Made by a program: the position numbers and the translations under genes. From an uncultured Flavobacteriales bacterium (GTDB taxonomy: Bacteria > Bacteroidota > Bacteroidia > Flavobacteriales_D > Crocinitomicaceae), in NCBI GenBank assembly GCA_903879765.1, contig CAIRMS010000161.1, positions 1 to 56,757 of the forward strand: a stretch of 56,757 nucleotides of DNA. Direction: 5' to 3'. The notes beneath the pieces are model-generated. The model saw only the letters and a program-made list of their open reading frames with translations. It was not told the DNA's origin and made no database searches. Each line of letters begins with the position of its first letter. Position 1 is the stretch's first letter. Positions 9,149-18,355 of the stretch are shown here, piece by piece.

Positions 9149-9922
9149 ATGGAAATCATAAAAGAAATAATAAACGACGTTTGTCGCATTACATTCAACC
9201 GACCAACTGTCTTCAATTCATTCAATAAGACAATGGCCTTGCAACTCCAAGACGTGTTAGATGAATGCGCTGTAAATCCCGAAATCCGAGCAGTATTAAT
9301 TACAGGAGAGGGGAAAGCATTCTGTGCTGGACAAGATTTAGCGGAGGCGATTGATCCGGAAGGACCTGAATTAAAATCGATTGTGCGTGATCACTACAAT
9401 CCAATCATCATCAAAATCAGAGAATTGGAAAAACCAGTTATCGCAGCAGTGAATGGTGTTGCAGCAGGAGCAGGGGCTAATATTGCCTTGGCTTGTGACA
9501 TCGTTGTGGCAAAAAAATCCGCGTCATTTATTCAAGCGTTCTCCAAAATCGGACTAATTCCAGATTCAGGAGGAACGTATTTTTTACCAAGATTAGTTGG
9601 GGTCCAAAAAGCTGTGGCATTGATGATGACTGGCGATAAAGTTTCTGCGGACGATGCGGAACGAATGAACATGATTTACAAAGTGTTCGAAGATGAGTCT
9701 TTTGAAGAGGAAGTAATCAAATTAGCTGAAAACCTAGCTACGATGCCAACCTACGGACTCGGATTAACAAAAAAAGCGGTGAATTTAGGTTTATTTAATT
9801 CACTGGAAGATCAATTAGACTTAGAAGAAAGTTTACAAACAGAGGCTGGAGAAACGGATGATTTCACTGAAGGAGTGAATGCATTTATTCAAAAGCGTCC
9901 AGCAGTATTTAAAGGAAGATGA
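9149..9922 (+). CDS. enoyl-CoA hydratase/isomerase family protein (PaaG-like)
   Basis: Crotonase motifs GEGKAFCAGQDL and AAVNGVAAGAGANIALACD. Confidence 0.85.
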   Translation: MEIIKEIINDVCRITFNRPTVFNSFNKTMALQLQDVLDECAVNPEIRAVLITGEGKAFCAGQDLAEAIDPEGPELKSIVRDHYNPIIIKIRELEKPVIAAVNGVAAGAGANIALACDIVVAKKSASFIQAFSKIGLIPDSGGTYFLPRLVGVQKAVALMMTGDKVSADDAERMNMIYKVFEDESFEEEVIKLAENLATMPTYGLGLTKKAVNLGLFNSLEDQLDLEESLQTEAGETDDFTEGVNAFIQKRPAVFKGR

Positions 9923-11082
9923 GTAAAGTGATTGGAGTAATTGGAGCAGGAACTATGGGTTCTGGCATCGCGCAAGTGGCTGCTCAATGTGGGCATTCGG
10001 TTTATTTGATGGATGCGAATGTTGATCAATTGAATCGGGCGAAAACGGGCGTTTCTAAATCCCTCGAGAAATTAGTTGAAAAAGGGAAATTCACTTCTGT
10101 ACAAAAAACGGAGATTGAGTCAAACATTCACTATGTCGCACAATTGGAAGGACTTTCATCTTGCGATTTGATTATCGAAGCAATCGTGGAGAAAATGGAG
10201 GTCAAACACAGTGTTTTTTCGGCTTTGGAGAAAATTGTTTCGGCCGATTGTATTTTGGCAAGCAACACCTCTTCCCTATCCATTGCCTCCATTGGATCTT
10301 CTCTATCAAAAGCAGATCGTGTGATTGGCATTCATTTTTTCAATCCAGCAACGATTATGCCTTTGGTTGAAATTATTCCTGCAGTACAAACCAATGCTCA
10401 GACACTTGAATCATCGGTAGAATTAATTAAAAGCTGGGGGAAAACCGTAGTTGTGTGCAAAGATACTCCTGGGTTTATCGTCAACCGAGTTGCACGTCCA
10501 TTTTACGGCGAAGCACTTCGCATATACGAAGAAGGAATTGCAGATTTTGCAACAATCGATTGGGCGATGACCGAATTTGGCGGATTTAAAATGGGTCCAT
10601 TTACTTTGATGGACTACATTGGAAACGATGTGAATTACGCTGTAACTGAATCCGTATTTCAAGCATTTTACTACGATCCACGTTTCAAACCGTCCTTTAC
10701 TCAAAAACGACACAGTGAAGCAGGATTTTACGGAAGAAAAACGGGACGTGGTTTTTATACTTATGCTGAAGGAACAGTATTTCCGGAACCTAACAAAGAT
10801 CAAATCATTGGAAAAATGATTTTTGAGCGCGTGCTTGTGATGCTCATCAATGAAGCCATTGATGCTGTCTTTATGCAAGTAGCATCCGTGAAAGACGTCG
10901 ATTTAGCCATGACGAAAGGAGTGAATTATCCAAAAGGATTATTGGCATGGGCGGATGAAATTGGACTAGACTGGGTTTTAACAAAGTTGAACGTACTATT
11001 TCATGAGTACGGAGAAGACCGTTACCGTCCAAATGCGCTTCTCAAACGAATGGTAGAAAATGGTGATAAATTTTATTCATAG
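9919..11082 (+). CDS. 3-hydroxyacyl-CoA dehydrogenase (NAD-binding)
   Basis: Rossmann motif GVIGAGTMGSGIAQ with a PGFIVNR motif. ATGA overlap with the upstream hydratase gene. Confidence 0.85.
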   Translation: MSKVIGVIGAGTMGSGIAQVAAQCGHSVYLMDANVDQLNRAKTGVSKSLEKLVEKGKFTSVQKTEIESNIHYVAQLEGLSSCDLIIEAIVEKMEVKHSVFSALEKIVSADCILASNTSSLSIASIGSSLSKADRVIGIHFFNPATIMPLVEIIPAVQTNAQTLESSVELIKSWGKTVVVCKDTPGFIVNRVARPFYGEALRIYEEGIADFATIDWAMTEFGGFKMGPFTLMDYIGNDVNYAVTESVFQAFYYDPRFKPSFTQKRHSEAGFYGRKTGRGFYTYAEGTVFPEPNKDQIIGKMIFERVLVMLINEAIDAVFMQVASVKDVDLAMTKGVNYPKGLLAWADEIGLDWVLTKLNVLFHEYGEDRYRPNALLKRMVENGDKFYS

Positions 11083-11120
11083 TCAAGCAGTAAACACTTT
11101 ACATTCCCACTGAATATTGT

Positions 11121-11128
11121 TATTTTTG
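11121..11128 (+). promoter_or_regulatory. -7 promoter box (TAnnTTTG) for metK
   Basis: TATTTTTG lies 19 nt upstream of ATG 11147. Confidence 0.4.
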
Positions 11129-11146
11129 CACTCTAAAATATATTAA

Positions 11147-12403
11147 ATGGCTTACTTATTTACATCAGAATCCGTTTCTGAAGGACACCCAGATAAAGTT
11201 TCAGATCAAATTTCTGATGCATTGATTGATCATTTCATGGCATTTGACCCAAGTTCAAAAGTAGCTTGTGAGACACTTGTAACAACAGGACAAGTTGTAT
11301 TAGCGGGTGAAGTGAAATCAACTTCTTACTTGGATGTACAAGCAATTGCACGTGAAACGATTCGTCAAATTGGCTATACAAAATCAGAATACATGTTTGA
11401 TGCAAATTCTTGTGGGATTTTCTCTGCATTGCACGAACAGTCTTCTGACATCAACCAAGGAGTTGAGCGTTCCAATCCAGAGGATCAAGGTGCTGGTGAC
11501 CAAGGAATGATGTTTGGATATGCTACGATTGAAACAGATAACTACATGCCTTTGGCATTGGACCTTGCACACAAAATCTTGCAAGAACTATCTTATATTC
11601 GCAACAATGAATCAGCATTGATTCCTTATTTGCGTCCGGATGCGAAATCACAAGTAACGATTGAGTATTCTGACGACAATGTTCCTCAACGCATTGATAC
11701 CATCGTTGTTTCAACGCAACACGATGATTTTGATTCAGAAGCTACGATGTTAGCGAAAATCAAAAAAGACATCATCGAAATCGTTATTCCAAGAGTGAAA
11801 GCGAAATTGAAACCAGCGCTTCAAGCGTTATTCAATGACGCGATTACCTACCACATTAATCCAACAGGTAAATTTGTCATCGGTGGGCCACACGGAGATA
11901 CAGGTTTAACTGGACGTAAAATCATCGTGGATACGTACGGTGGAAAAGGAGCTCACGGTGGTGGAGCATTTTCTGGAAAAGATCCATCTAAAGTTGACCG
12001 TTCAGCTGCATACGCAACACGTCACATGGCGAAAAATGCGGTTGCTGCTGGATTATGTGATGAGCTTTTAGTACAAGTTTCTTATGCGATTGGAGTTGCT
12101 AAACCATGTGGTTTATATGTGAACACATATGGAACAGCGAAAGTTGATATGACAGATGGTCAAATTGCAGAGAAATTGAACGAAATTTTCGACATGCGTC
12201 CATACTTTATCGAACAACGTTTGAAATTAAGAAATCCAATTTACCAAGAAACAGCTGCATACGGACACATGGGACGTAAACATGAGAAGGTAACGAAATC
12301 GTTTAAAGCTCCAGACGGAACAGTGATTACAAGAGAAGTAGAATTATTCACTTGGGAAGAACTAAACTACGTAGATCAAGTTAAAGCCGCTTTCGGTTTA
12401 TAA
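11147..12403 (+). CDS. metK: S-adenosylmethionine synthetase
   Basis: [25 protein letters not shown] and [19 protein letters not shown] motifs. Confidence 0.97.
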   Translation: MAYLFTSESVSEGHPDKVSDQISDALIDHFMAFDPSSKVACETLVTTGQVVLAGEVKSTSYLDVQAIARETIRQIGYTKSEYMFDANSCGIFSALHEQSSDINQGVERSNPEDQGAGDQGMMFGYATIETDNYMPLALDLAHKILQELSYIRNNESALIPYLRPDAKSQVTIEYSDDNVPQRIDTIVVSTQHDDFDSEATMLAKIKKDIIEIVIPRVKAKLKPALQALFNDAITYHINPTGKFVIGGPHGDTGLTGRKIIVDTYGGKGAHGGGAFSGKDPSKVDRSAAYATRHMAKNAVAAGLCDELLVQVSYAIGVAKPCGLYVNTYGTAKVDMTDGQIAEKLNEIFDMRPYFIEQRLKLRNPIYQETAAYGHMGRKHEKVTKSFKAPDGTVITREVELFTWEELNYVDQVKAAFGL

Positions 12404-12410
12404 ATCATTG

Positions 12411-12442
12411 AAATCCCGGTTCTGCGAATCGGGATTTTTTTT
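12411..12442 (+). terminator. Rho-independent terminator after metK
   Basis: AAATCCCG (12411-12418) pairs with CGGGATTT (12430-12437) and is followed by a T-run to 12442. Confidence 0.7.
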
Positions 12443-12461
12443 AGCTAACTATTTTTTAAAG

Positions 12462-13550
12462 ATGTCAACTTTCAGAACCATTTGGACCACAGAAGACCGC
12501 TATGTGGAAGTAATTGATCAACGTGTTTTGCCGCACGAATTGATTAACGTGAAATTAATGAATTACCGGGATGCTGATTTAGCTATTCGCAACATGACTG
12601 TTCGTGGAGCACCACTTATTGGAGCAACCGCCGCTTATGGAATTTACTTAGCGGTGCGGGAATTAATCGAAGAACAACGCGATGGTGCATTTTTGGATGA
12701 AGCATTTGACGTTTTAAGAGCTTCGCGTCCAACTGCCATCAATTTATTTTGGGCATTGGACCGCATGCAAAATGCCTTGGAGGACGCGGATGATTTTCTA
12801 CAAACGGCGTGGGAAGAAGCAGGTAGAATCGTTGAAGAAGACATTGAAACCTGTCGCATGATTGGCGTGCACGGATTACCGATTATTGAAGCGCTTTCAA
12901 ACGCAAAAAAAGGCGATACTGTAAATATTCTGACGCATTGTAACGCTGGAATGTTGGGTTGTATCCAATGGGGAACAATCACCTCCCCTATTTATCAAGC
13001 AAAAGAAAAAGGAATTAAAGTTCATGTGTGGGTGGATGAAACGCGTCCACGTAACCAAGGTTCTAATTTAACTGCTTACGAATTAACGAAGCACGGAATC
13101 GATCATACTTTAATCGTTGACAATACCGGGGGTCACCTCATGCAACACGGAATGGTGGACATGGTGATTGTTGGAACGGATCGTACCACACGAAATGGCG
13201 ATGTTGCCAATAAAATCGGAACCTATTTGAAAGCGTTGGCAGCGAAGGATAACGAAATCCCATTTTACGTTGCTTTGCCTTCCACAACTTTGGACATGTC
13301 TATTCGTGATGGATTGACAGAAATTCCCATTGAGGAACGTGACCAAAACGAAGTGAAATACATTCAAGGAAAGCGCAGTGATGGAAAAATTGACACTGTG
13401 TTGATTTGTCCAGAGACAACGAATGCAGCGAATTACGGATTTGATGTGACGCCAGCTCGATTAGTGACGGCACTCATCACGGAACGCGGAGTTTGTCCAG
13501 CAAATGAAGCGGGAATCATTTCCTTGTTTCCTGAATATACTGAATCATGA
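12462..13550 (+). CDS. mtnA: S-methyl-5-thioribose-1-phosphate isomerase (eIF-2B alpha/beta/delta family)
   Basis: VRGAPLIGATAAYG, THCNAG and VGTDRTTRNGDVANKIGTY motifs. ATG 12462 (MSTFRTIW...) is preferred because the track start at 12408 lies inside the metK terminator. Confidence 0.85.
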   Translation: MSTFRTIWTTEDRYVEVIDQRVLPHELINVKLMNYRDADLAIRNMTVRGAPLIGATAAYGIYLAVRELIEEQRDGAFLDEAFDVLRASRPTAINLFWALDRMQNALEDADDFLQTAWEEAGRIVEEDIETCRMIGVHGLPIIEALSNAKKGDTVNILTHCNAGMLGCIQWGTITSPIYQAKEKGIKVHVWVDETRPRNQGSNLTAYELTKHGIDHTLIVDNTGGHLMQHGMVDMVIVGTDRTTRNGDVANKIGTYLKALAAKDNEIPFYVALPSTTLDMSIRDGLTEIPIEERDQNEVKYIQGKRSDGKIDTVLICPETTNAANYGFDVTPARLVTALITERGVCPANEAGIISLFPEYTES

Positions 13551-14917
13551 AAAAGTTACTTTTCTTCCTTTTAGTATGTGTTAATTCTGCGCAAGCACAA
13601 CTTGACGGGCTTTGGCATAGTTCATTCCAAGTAGCCGGAAAATCACTGTTAATGGACCTTGATATCAAGGGCATTGGTCGCGATGGATCCGTTTCGGTCA
13701 TCCTTCCTGATCAGCCAGAGATAAAAGCTCAGGAAATGGCTATTTACGGTCTTTTTTTCGATAGTTTATACTTCCGTTGGGACCGTATTGGACTCAGTTT
13801 TGCCGGAAAATTAAAAAACGACAGCCTGAAAGGGATCATGAAACAAAGTGGCCTTGAATGGAATGTGATTTTTACGAAAACGGAACAAGCACGCGTGGAA
13901 GTTTCCGGTCGTCCACAAGATCCGGTTGGTCCATTTTCTTACGAGCGAAAGGAACTGGAAATCAAGAGTAAAAAGGTCAGTATAGCCGGGACACTTACAT
14001 TACCTAAGGAAACAGATTTTCCAATAGTTATCTTGGTTTCTGGATCAGGTCAACAGGACAGAGATTGTGAACTTGTTGGACACAAACCATTTTGGATTCT
14101 AGCCGATTATTTGAGTAAAAATGGAATAGCTGTATTTCGCTATGACGACCGTGGGATCGGAAAAAGTACTGGAGAGTTTGGTTCCTCAACTGAAACGGAT
14201 TTCACCGATGATTTACTTGCTATTTTCGCATACTTAAAGAAAAAATATCCCGGACATCCCATTGGGATTTATGGTCACTCAGAAGGCGGAATCATTGGAC
14301 TTCGTGCAGCTGCACAACAAAAAGATATTAGATTTCTAATTGAATCTGCATCGGTTGGAACAAATGGGAAAGATGTTTTAGTGAATCAACAATACGATAT
14401 TCCCATCGCATCTGGAATGAGTGAAGAAGAAGCAAAATGGAATTCCCGTTTATTTGAAGAGGCTGCCAACATTGTTCTAAAAACAGAAACAGCTTCCTTT
14501 CTTAAGGATTATAAAATTTGGTTAGCTACCGTATGGGAGAACATACCATCCTCTTTCAAAGAAGATAAATCGATGAATGACATGGCCACAGAAATGAGTG
14601 TCTTCATCAACACTGACTGGGCAAAAGAATTTCTCAGTTATCATGCGGCTGATTACCTTAAAAATGTGGATTTGCCCATGCTCATTCTCAACGGAAAAAA
14701 AGACCTACAAGTGCGTTGGGATGAAAGTCAAACTGGATTCAAGAAATCCATGAATGTAAATACCTTAAGACAGTCCACATTCAAGGCATATGACGACTTG
14801 AATCACCTATTACAACCCTGTTTAAAATGTACAATCTCGGAATACGCGACGATTGAAACCAGTATGAGTCCAATTGTCATGTCGGATATTTTAACGTGGG
14901 TAAAATCATTTAAATAA
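13547..14917 (+). CDS. secreted alpha/beta hydrolase
   Basis: Signal peptide (VNSAQAQ), nucleophile elbow GHSEGG, and ATGA overlap with mtnA. Confidence 0.75.
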   Translation: MKKLLFFLLVCVNSAQAQLDGLWHSSFQVAGKSLLMDLDIKGIGRDGSVSVILPDQPEIKAQEMAIYGLFFDSLYFRWDRIGLSFAGKLKNDSLKGIMKQSGLEWNVIFTKTEQARVEVSGRPQDPVGPFSYERKELEIKSKKVSIAGTLTLPKETDFPIVILVSGSGQQDRDCELVGHKPFWILADYLSKNGIAVFRYDDRGIGKSTGEFGSSTETDFTDDLLAIFAYLKKKYPGHPIGIYGHSEGGIIGLRAAAQQKDIRFLIESASVGTNGKDVLVNQQYDIPIASGMSEEEAKWNSRLFEEAANIVLKTETASFLKDYKIWLATVWENIPSSFKEDKSMNDMATEMSVFINTDWAKEFLSYHAADYLKNVDLPMLILNGKKDLQVRWDESQTGFKKSMNVNTLRQSTFKAYDDLNHLLQPCLKCTISEYATIETSMSPIVMSDILTWVKSFK

Positions 14918-15567
14918 TGGATAAAAAAGTTGTCATTATTGGCGCAACAGGATTAATTGGAAATGCTTTGTTGCACGATTTAATCCAAGAAACGAAGGTA
15001 AGTGAAATTCGAATTTTTGTTCGCCGAAAACTCGACGGACTTCCTGAAAAGGTGAAGCAAATCATAACAGATTTTAGTGATTTCTCTTCCTTGAAGGATC
15101 AAGTTCATGGAGACGTGATTTATTGCTGCGTCGGAACCACACGAAAAAAAACACCGGACTTAAACGATTATCGCAACATTGATTTTGGCATCAATATCGG
15201 CATGGCGAAGTTGGCTAAGGAGAATGGGATTCCTACGGTTCATTTAATCAGTGCCATTGGAGCTTCGACCTCATCGCGAATTTTCTATTCAAAACTTAAA
15301 GGAGAAATCGAAGAAGCGATGAAGGAATTAAAATTTGATAACTGCTACATATATCAACCATCCATGTTGATTGGATCAAGAACAGAATCACGTCCATTTG
15401 AATTCATTGGTCAAAAGTTGATGTTGTTTTTTGAAGGACTTCGCTTACTTTCAAAAAATGAATACCATAGCATTCGTGCAGAAACAATTGCGCAGTCGAT
15501 GGTAAAAACACTGGGGCAAGAAATTGAAGGGGTAAACATTCAACGTTACCAAGAAATGATTCGATAA
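14917..15567 (+). CDS. NAD(P)H-binding (atypical SDR / NmrA-like) protein
   Basis: N-terminal VVIIGATGLIGNAL Rossmann motif. TAATG overlap with the upstream gene. Confidence 0.7.
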   Translation: MDKKVVIIGATGLIGNALLHDLIQETKVSEIRIFVRRKLDGLPEKVKQIITDFSDFSSLKDQVHGDVIYCCVGTTRKKTPDLNDYRNIDFGINIGMAKLAKENGIPTVHLISAIGASTSSRIFYSKLKGEIEEAMKELKFDNCYIYQPSMLIGSRTESRPFEFIGQKLMLFFEGLRLLSKNEYHSIRAETIAQSMVKTLGQEIEGVNIQRYQEMIR

Positions 15568-15594
15568 ATTGATGAAAATTTAAATAAAAAAACA

Positions 15595-15618
15595 AAAGCC
15601 ACTCGAAAAAGTGGCTTT
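15595..15618. terminator. bidirectional stem-loop terminator
   Basis: AAAGCCACT/AGTGGCTTT 9-bp stem with a 6-nt loop. An A-run precedes it (a T-run on the minus strand) and TTTTA follows it. Confidence 0.6.
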
Positions 15619-15832
15619 TACCTACCGAATGTAAGAGGAATGAAATTGTTTACTAAACCCAAGCCTTCACTATTCCTCTTGAAATTGAATTTTCTTTTGT
15701 CGTTTGATTGGTAAGTTTTTTCAGTATCACTATTTGCTATGTCCCGTTGAACAATACAAAGGTGCAACACTGAATGATAACGTTACATGAGGTAAGTCAA
15801 GTAAGAACATGATTGATATCAGTAAAAAAGGG

Positions 15833-16750
15833 CTACTTTTTCTTTGGGGTCTTACTTTTAATTCCAACGACATTGGGCAAACTCCAAAAATGATTGTTTT
15901 CATCACTTTCCCATGTGTCTGACACCCAACTTCCTACTCTTTCAATATGGTGTCCATTTACATCGATAAACAGACTAGTTTCTGGTCCACCTTCCAAATA
16001 AATCGCATTTCGTATACCATAAGGCATCTTCAACATAAATTCAATCATTTGATTGTGGGTGTAAGGAGATCTACAAAAAATCAAATAGAATTTATTATCT
16101 GTACCCTCAGCTGCGATGATCATACTACATGATTGAATTTTTTTCTTCCAGAACATCGGTTTTCCATTACAATCGATCATTCTTAACCCTTGCGCATAAC
16201 AATTAAATTCGTTCTTTATTTGATTGAAATTTTCACACGTTAAATCTAAGACCTCAATGTTCTCTCGATGATTCACGTTTGGACTCATTGCCATCATTAA
16301 ATTGAAATCATCAATAATGGAGGGATTGTTCACATGTTTTCCTGACGACTTAAGGAATGCCCTGCTTAACAAGGTATTCTCTTGGCTATACATTCCAGCA
16401 TTAAATACGATGTTCAATTTGTGTTTATTGGCCCAATCACTCACACTTCGTGGCATGCTATCATACTCTGTTGCACTGTAAATATCAAATTCAAATGAAT
16501 CTTTATCCATGCGCACTAATGAAATTTTTGAATCTCCAATTTCAGATTTTATCGGTGCATTTATTTCCCGGTATTGCACGCCTTTAGTGAGTGTAACCCA
16601 ATTAGAATAATCGATTGGTTTCACTTTCTGTTCGTTTTCTTTTCGTTTTTTATTCGTTGAACAGGACAAAAACATGCTTACCATCAGGGACGGTAAAAGC
16701 AAACTCATAAGCCTAAGATGGGTGTTAAAATTGGGTGCTTTGTTCATCAC
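15833..16750 (-). CDS. phosphodiester glycosidase (DUF2233)-like lipoprotein
   Basis: Lipobox MFLSC, NIVFNAGMY and AIYLEGGPETSL segments resembling the NAGPA/DUF2233 family. Assigned from memory of the family motifs only. Confidence 0.5.
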   Translation of the reverse strand: MMNKAPNFNTHLRLMSLLLPSLMVSMFLSCSTNKKRKENEQKVKPIDYSNWVTLTKGVQYREINAPIKSEIGDSKISLVRMDKDSFEFDIYSATEYDSMPRSVSDWANKHKLNIVFNAGMYSQENTLLSRAFLKSSGKHVNNPSIIDDFNLMMAMSPNVNHRENIEVLDLTCENFNQIKNEFNCYAQGLRMIDCNGKPMFWKKKIQSCSMIIAAEGTDNKFYLIFCRSPYTHNQMIEFMLKMPYGIRNAIYLEGGPETSLFIDVNGHHIERVGSWVSDTWESDENNHFWSLPNVVGIKSKTPKKK

Positions 16751-16927
16751 TTTTAATTATGAGTTTTAAATATACTTGATAAGAAACAATGAAATGCTAA
16801 GTTTCACAAAAATTTAAGCGCACATGATCTATTAAAATTGTAGTTTTTAACAATCTTGGGCTGAGAACAAGCATAAGAATCGATCAAAGACGTCTCGATT
16901 TTGTTTTATTTTGTATAAATTCATCCT

Positions 16928-18295
16928 ATGAAAATACTTGTTCTCGCCCTTTTTACAACCATAACTTCCCTGTCTATTGCGCAAAATGAAGTTAAATTAA
17001 AAGATCAATTTAATGCTACACGCATTCTCGAAAACGGCATTGAGCTCTACAATAATGGGTCCTCGAGTGACGCTTATATGAACTTCAAACAAGCAAATGT
17101 CCTAAAACCAGGTTCCGCCAAAAATTTATATTACTTGGCAAGTGTGGAATTTGACTTTAAAAGTTTTCATGAAGCTGAAACACATGTTACGGAAGCATTG
17201 AAACTCAATGACAAAAAATTAACCAGCGATTTAGAGTTCCTTGCGGCACAGATTCATCATAATTTGAATCACTTAGATACTGCTATTGTTCACTATAGCA
17301 ATTGTGCGAAAATCATTGGGGAGAAATTAGCGAAAGAATACAATATACCTGCACTCATTGAACAATGTAATTTTGCCAAAAAAGAACAAGAAAATGGTGT
17401 GCAGAATATTCGTCAACCAATTAAGGAAATAAACACGAATTATGATGAATATGCACCTATTCTTGTGCAAAATGGCGCAGCACTTTATTTTACAGCTAAA
17501 ACTCCTGATTCGAAAGGTGACAACATGAATCCAGATGATCAAAGTTATTTCGAAGATTTTTACTATTCTTTCTGGAATGATACCACGAAAACATACAAAA
17601 TCACTTATTCGGAAGATCAAGATTTTAATACAGAAGGATTTGATGCCTTGAACTGTGTGCTGACAAACGGACTACATGCCTATGGTACATTGAATACATC
17701 CGCATCCAAAGAAAAAACAACGGAAAGTTCAGATATATTTGAGCAAACCGCAGAAACACCTTTTGTTTGGGATGCACCAAATGTCATGAAAATCCCAGGG
17801 GTAAACACCAGTTTCTTTGACGGTTCCGCTTGCATGTCCGATACATTTATGATCGATGAATACACCTACAAACGTGAACTTTATTTCGTGTCAGACCGTC
17901 GCGCTGAAAAAAGTTTAACCGATTTATTCGTTGCTACAGAAACCAATGGTATTTGGGGTGAAAGTGTACATGCATTGCCGGAATTTATAAATACCACCGG
18001 ACGTGAAACGACACCTTACGTCACAGAAGATGGAAAATTATTGTTCTTTAGTTCCGATGCACTTCCGGGAATGGGTGGGTACGACATTTATTTCTGTAAG
18101 CGAAATGGGGATCAATGGTCGAATCCAATTAATTTAGGTGCTGCCTTCAATACGGTAAATGATGATACACACTTTCAATATTATCCTGCTCTTGGTAAAG
18201 CAGTCATGGCTGGCATCAGCGAATTAAACGGACTCTTTAATTACAATATTTTCCAAATGGATTTAAAAGGGAAGTCCTTTCCATTTATGAAATAA
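16928..18295 (+). CDS. periplasmic TPR plus PD40 (TolB-like beta-propeller repeat) protein
   Basis: Signal peptide, an N-terminal TPR-like region, and PD40-like repeats (YDEYAPILVQNG, ETTPYVTEDGKLLFFSSD..GGYDIYF). Confidence 0.65.
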   Translation: MKILVLALFTTITSLSIAQNEVKLKDQFNATRILENGIELYNNGSSSDAYMNFKQANVLKPGSAKNLYYLASVEFDFKSFHEAETHVTEALKLNDKKLTSDLEFLAAQIHHNLNHLDTAIVHYSNCAKIIGEKLAKEYNIPALIEQCNFAKKEQENGVQNIRQPIKEINTNYDEYAPILVQNGAALYFTAKTPDSKGDNMNPDDQSYFEDFYYSFWNDTTKTYKITYSEDQDFNTEGFDALNCVLTNGLHAYGTLNTSASKEKTTESSDIFEQTAETPFVWDAPNVMKIPGVNTSFFDGSACMSDTFMIDEYTYKRELYFVSDRRAEKSLTDLFVATETNGIWGESVHALPEFINTTGRETTPYVTEDGKLLFFSSDALPGMGGYDIYFCKRNGDQWSNPINLGAAFNTVNDDTHFQYYPALGKAVMAGISELNGLFNYNIFQMDLKGKSFPFMK

Positions 18296-18355
18296 TTGAA
18301 CCATGTGGAATCTGCGTTGTATGCGCATCTACCTATCAGAACAAAACATCGAATT

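Noticed and set aside
12408-12461. N-terminal extensions in the ORF track at non-ATG or upstream starts: 4908, 12408, 18296, 26781, 31631, 33886, 35423, 35365, 36452, 40711, 43065, 46265 and 54304.
   Set aside because: The extensions overlap terminators, -7 promoter boxes, octamer arrays or neighbouring genes. In each case an internal ATG yields a canonical N-terminus or signal peptide.
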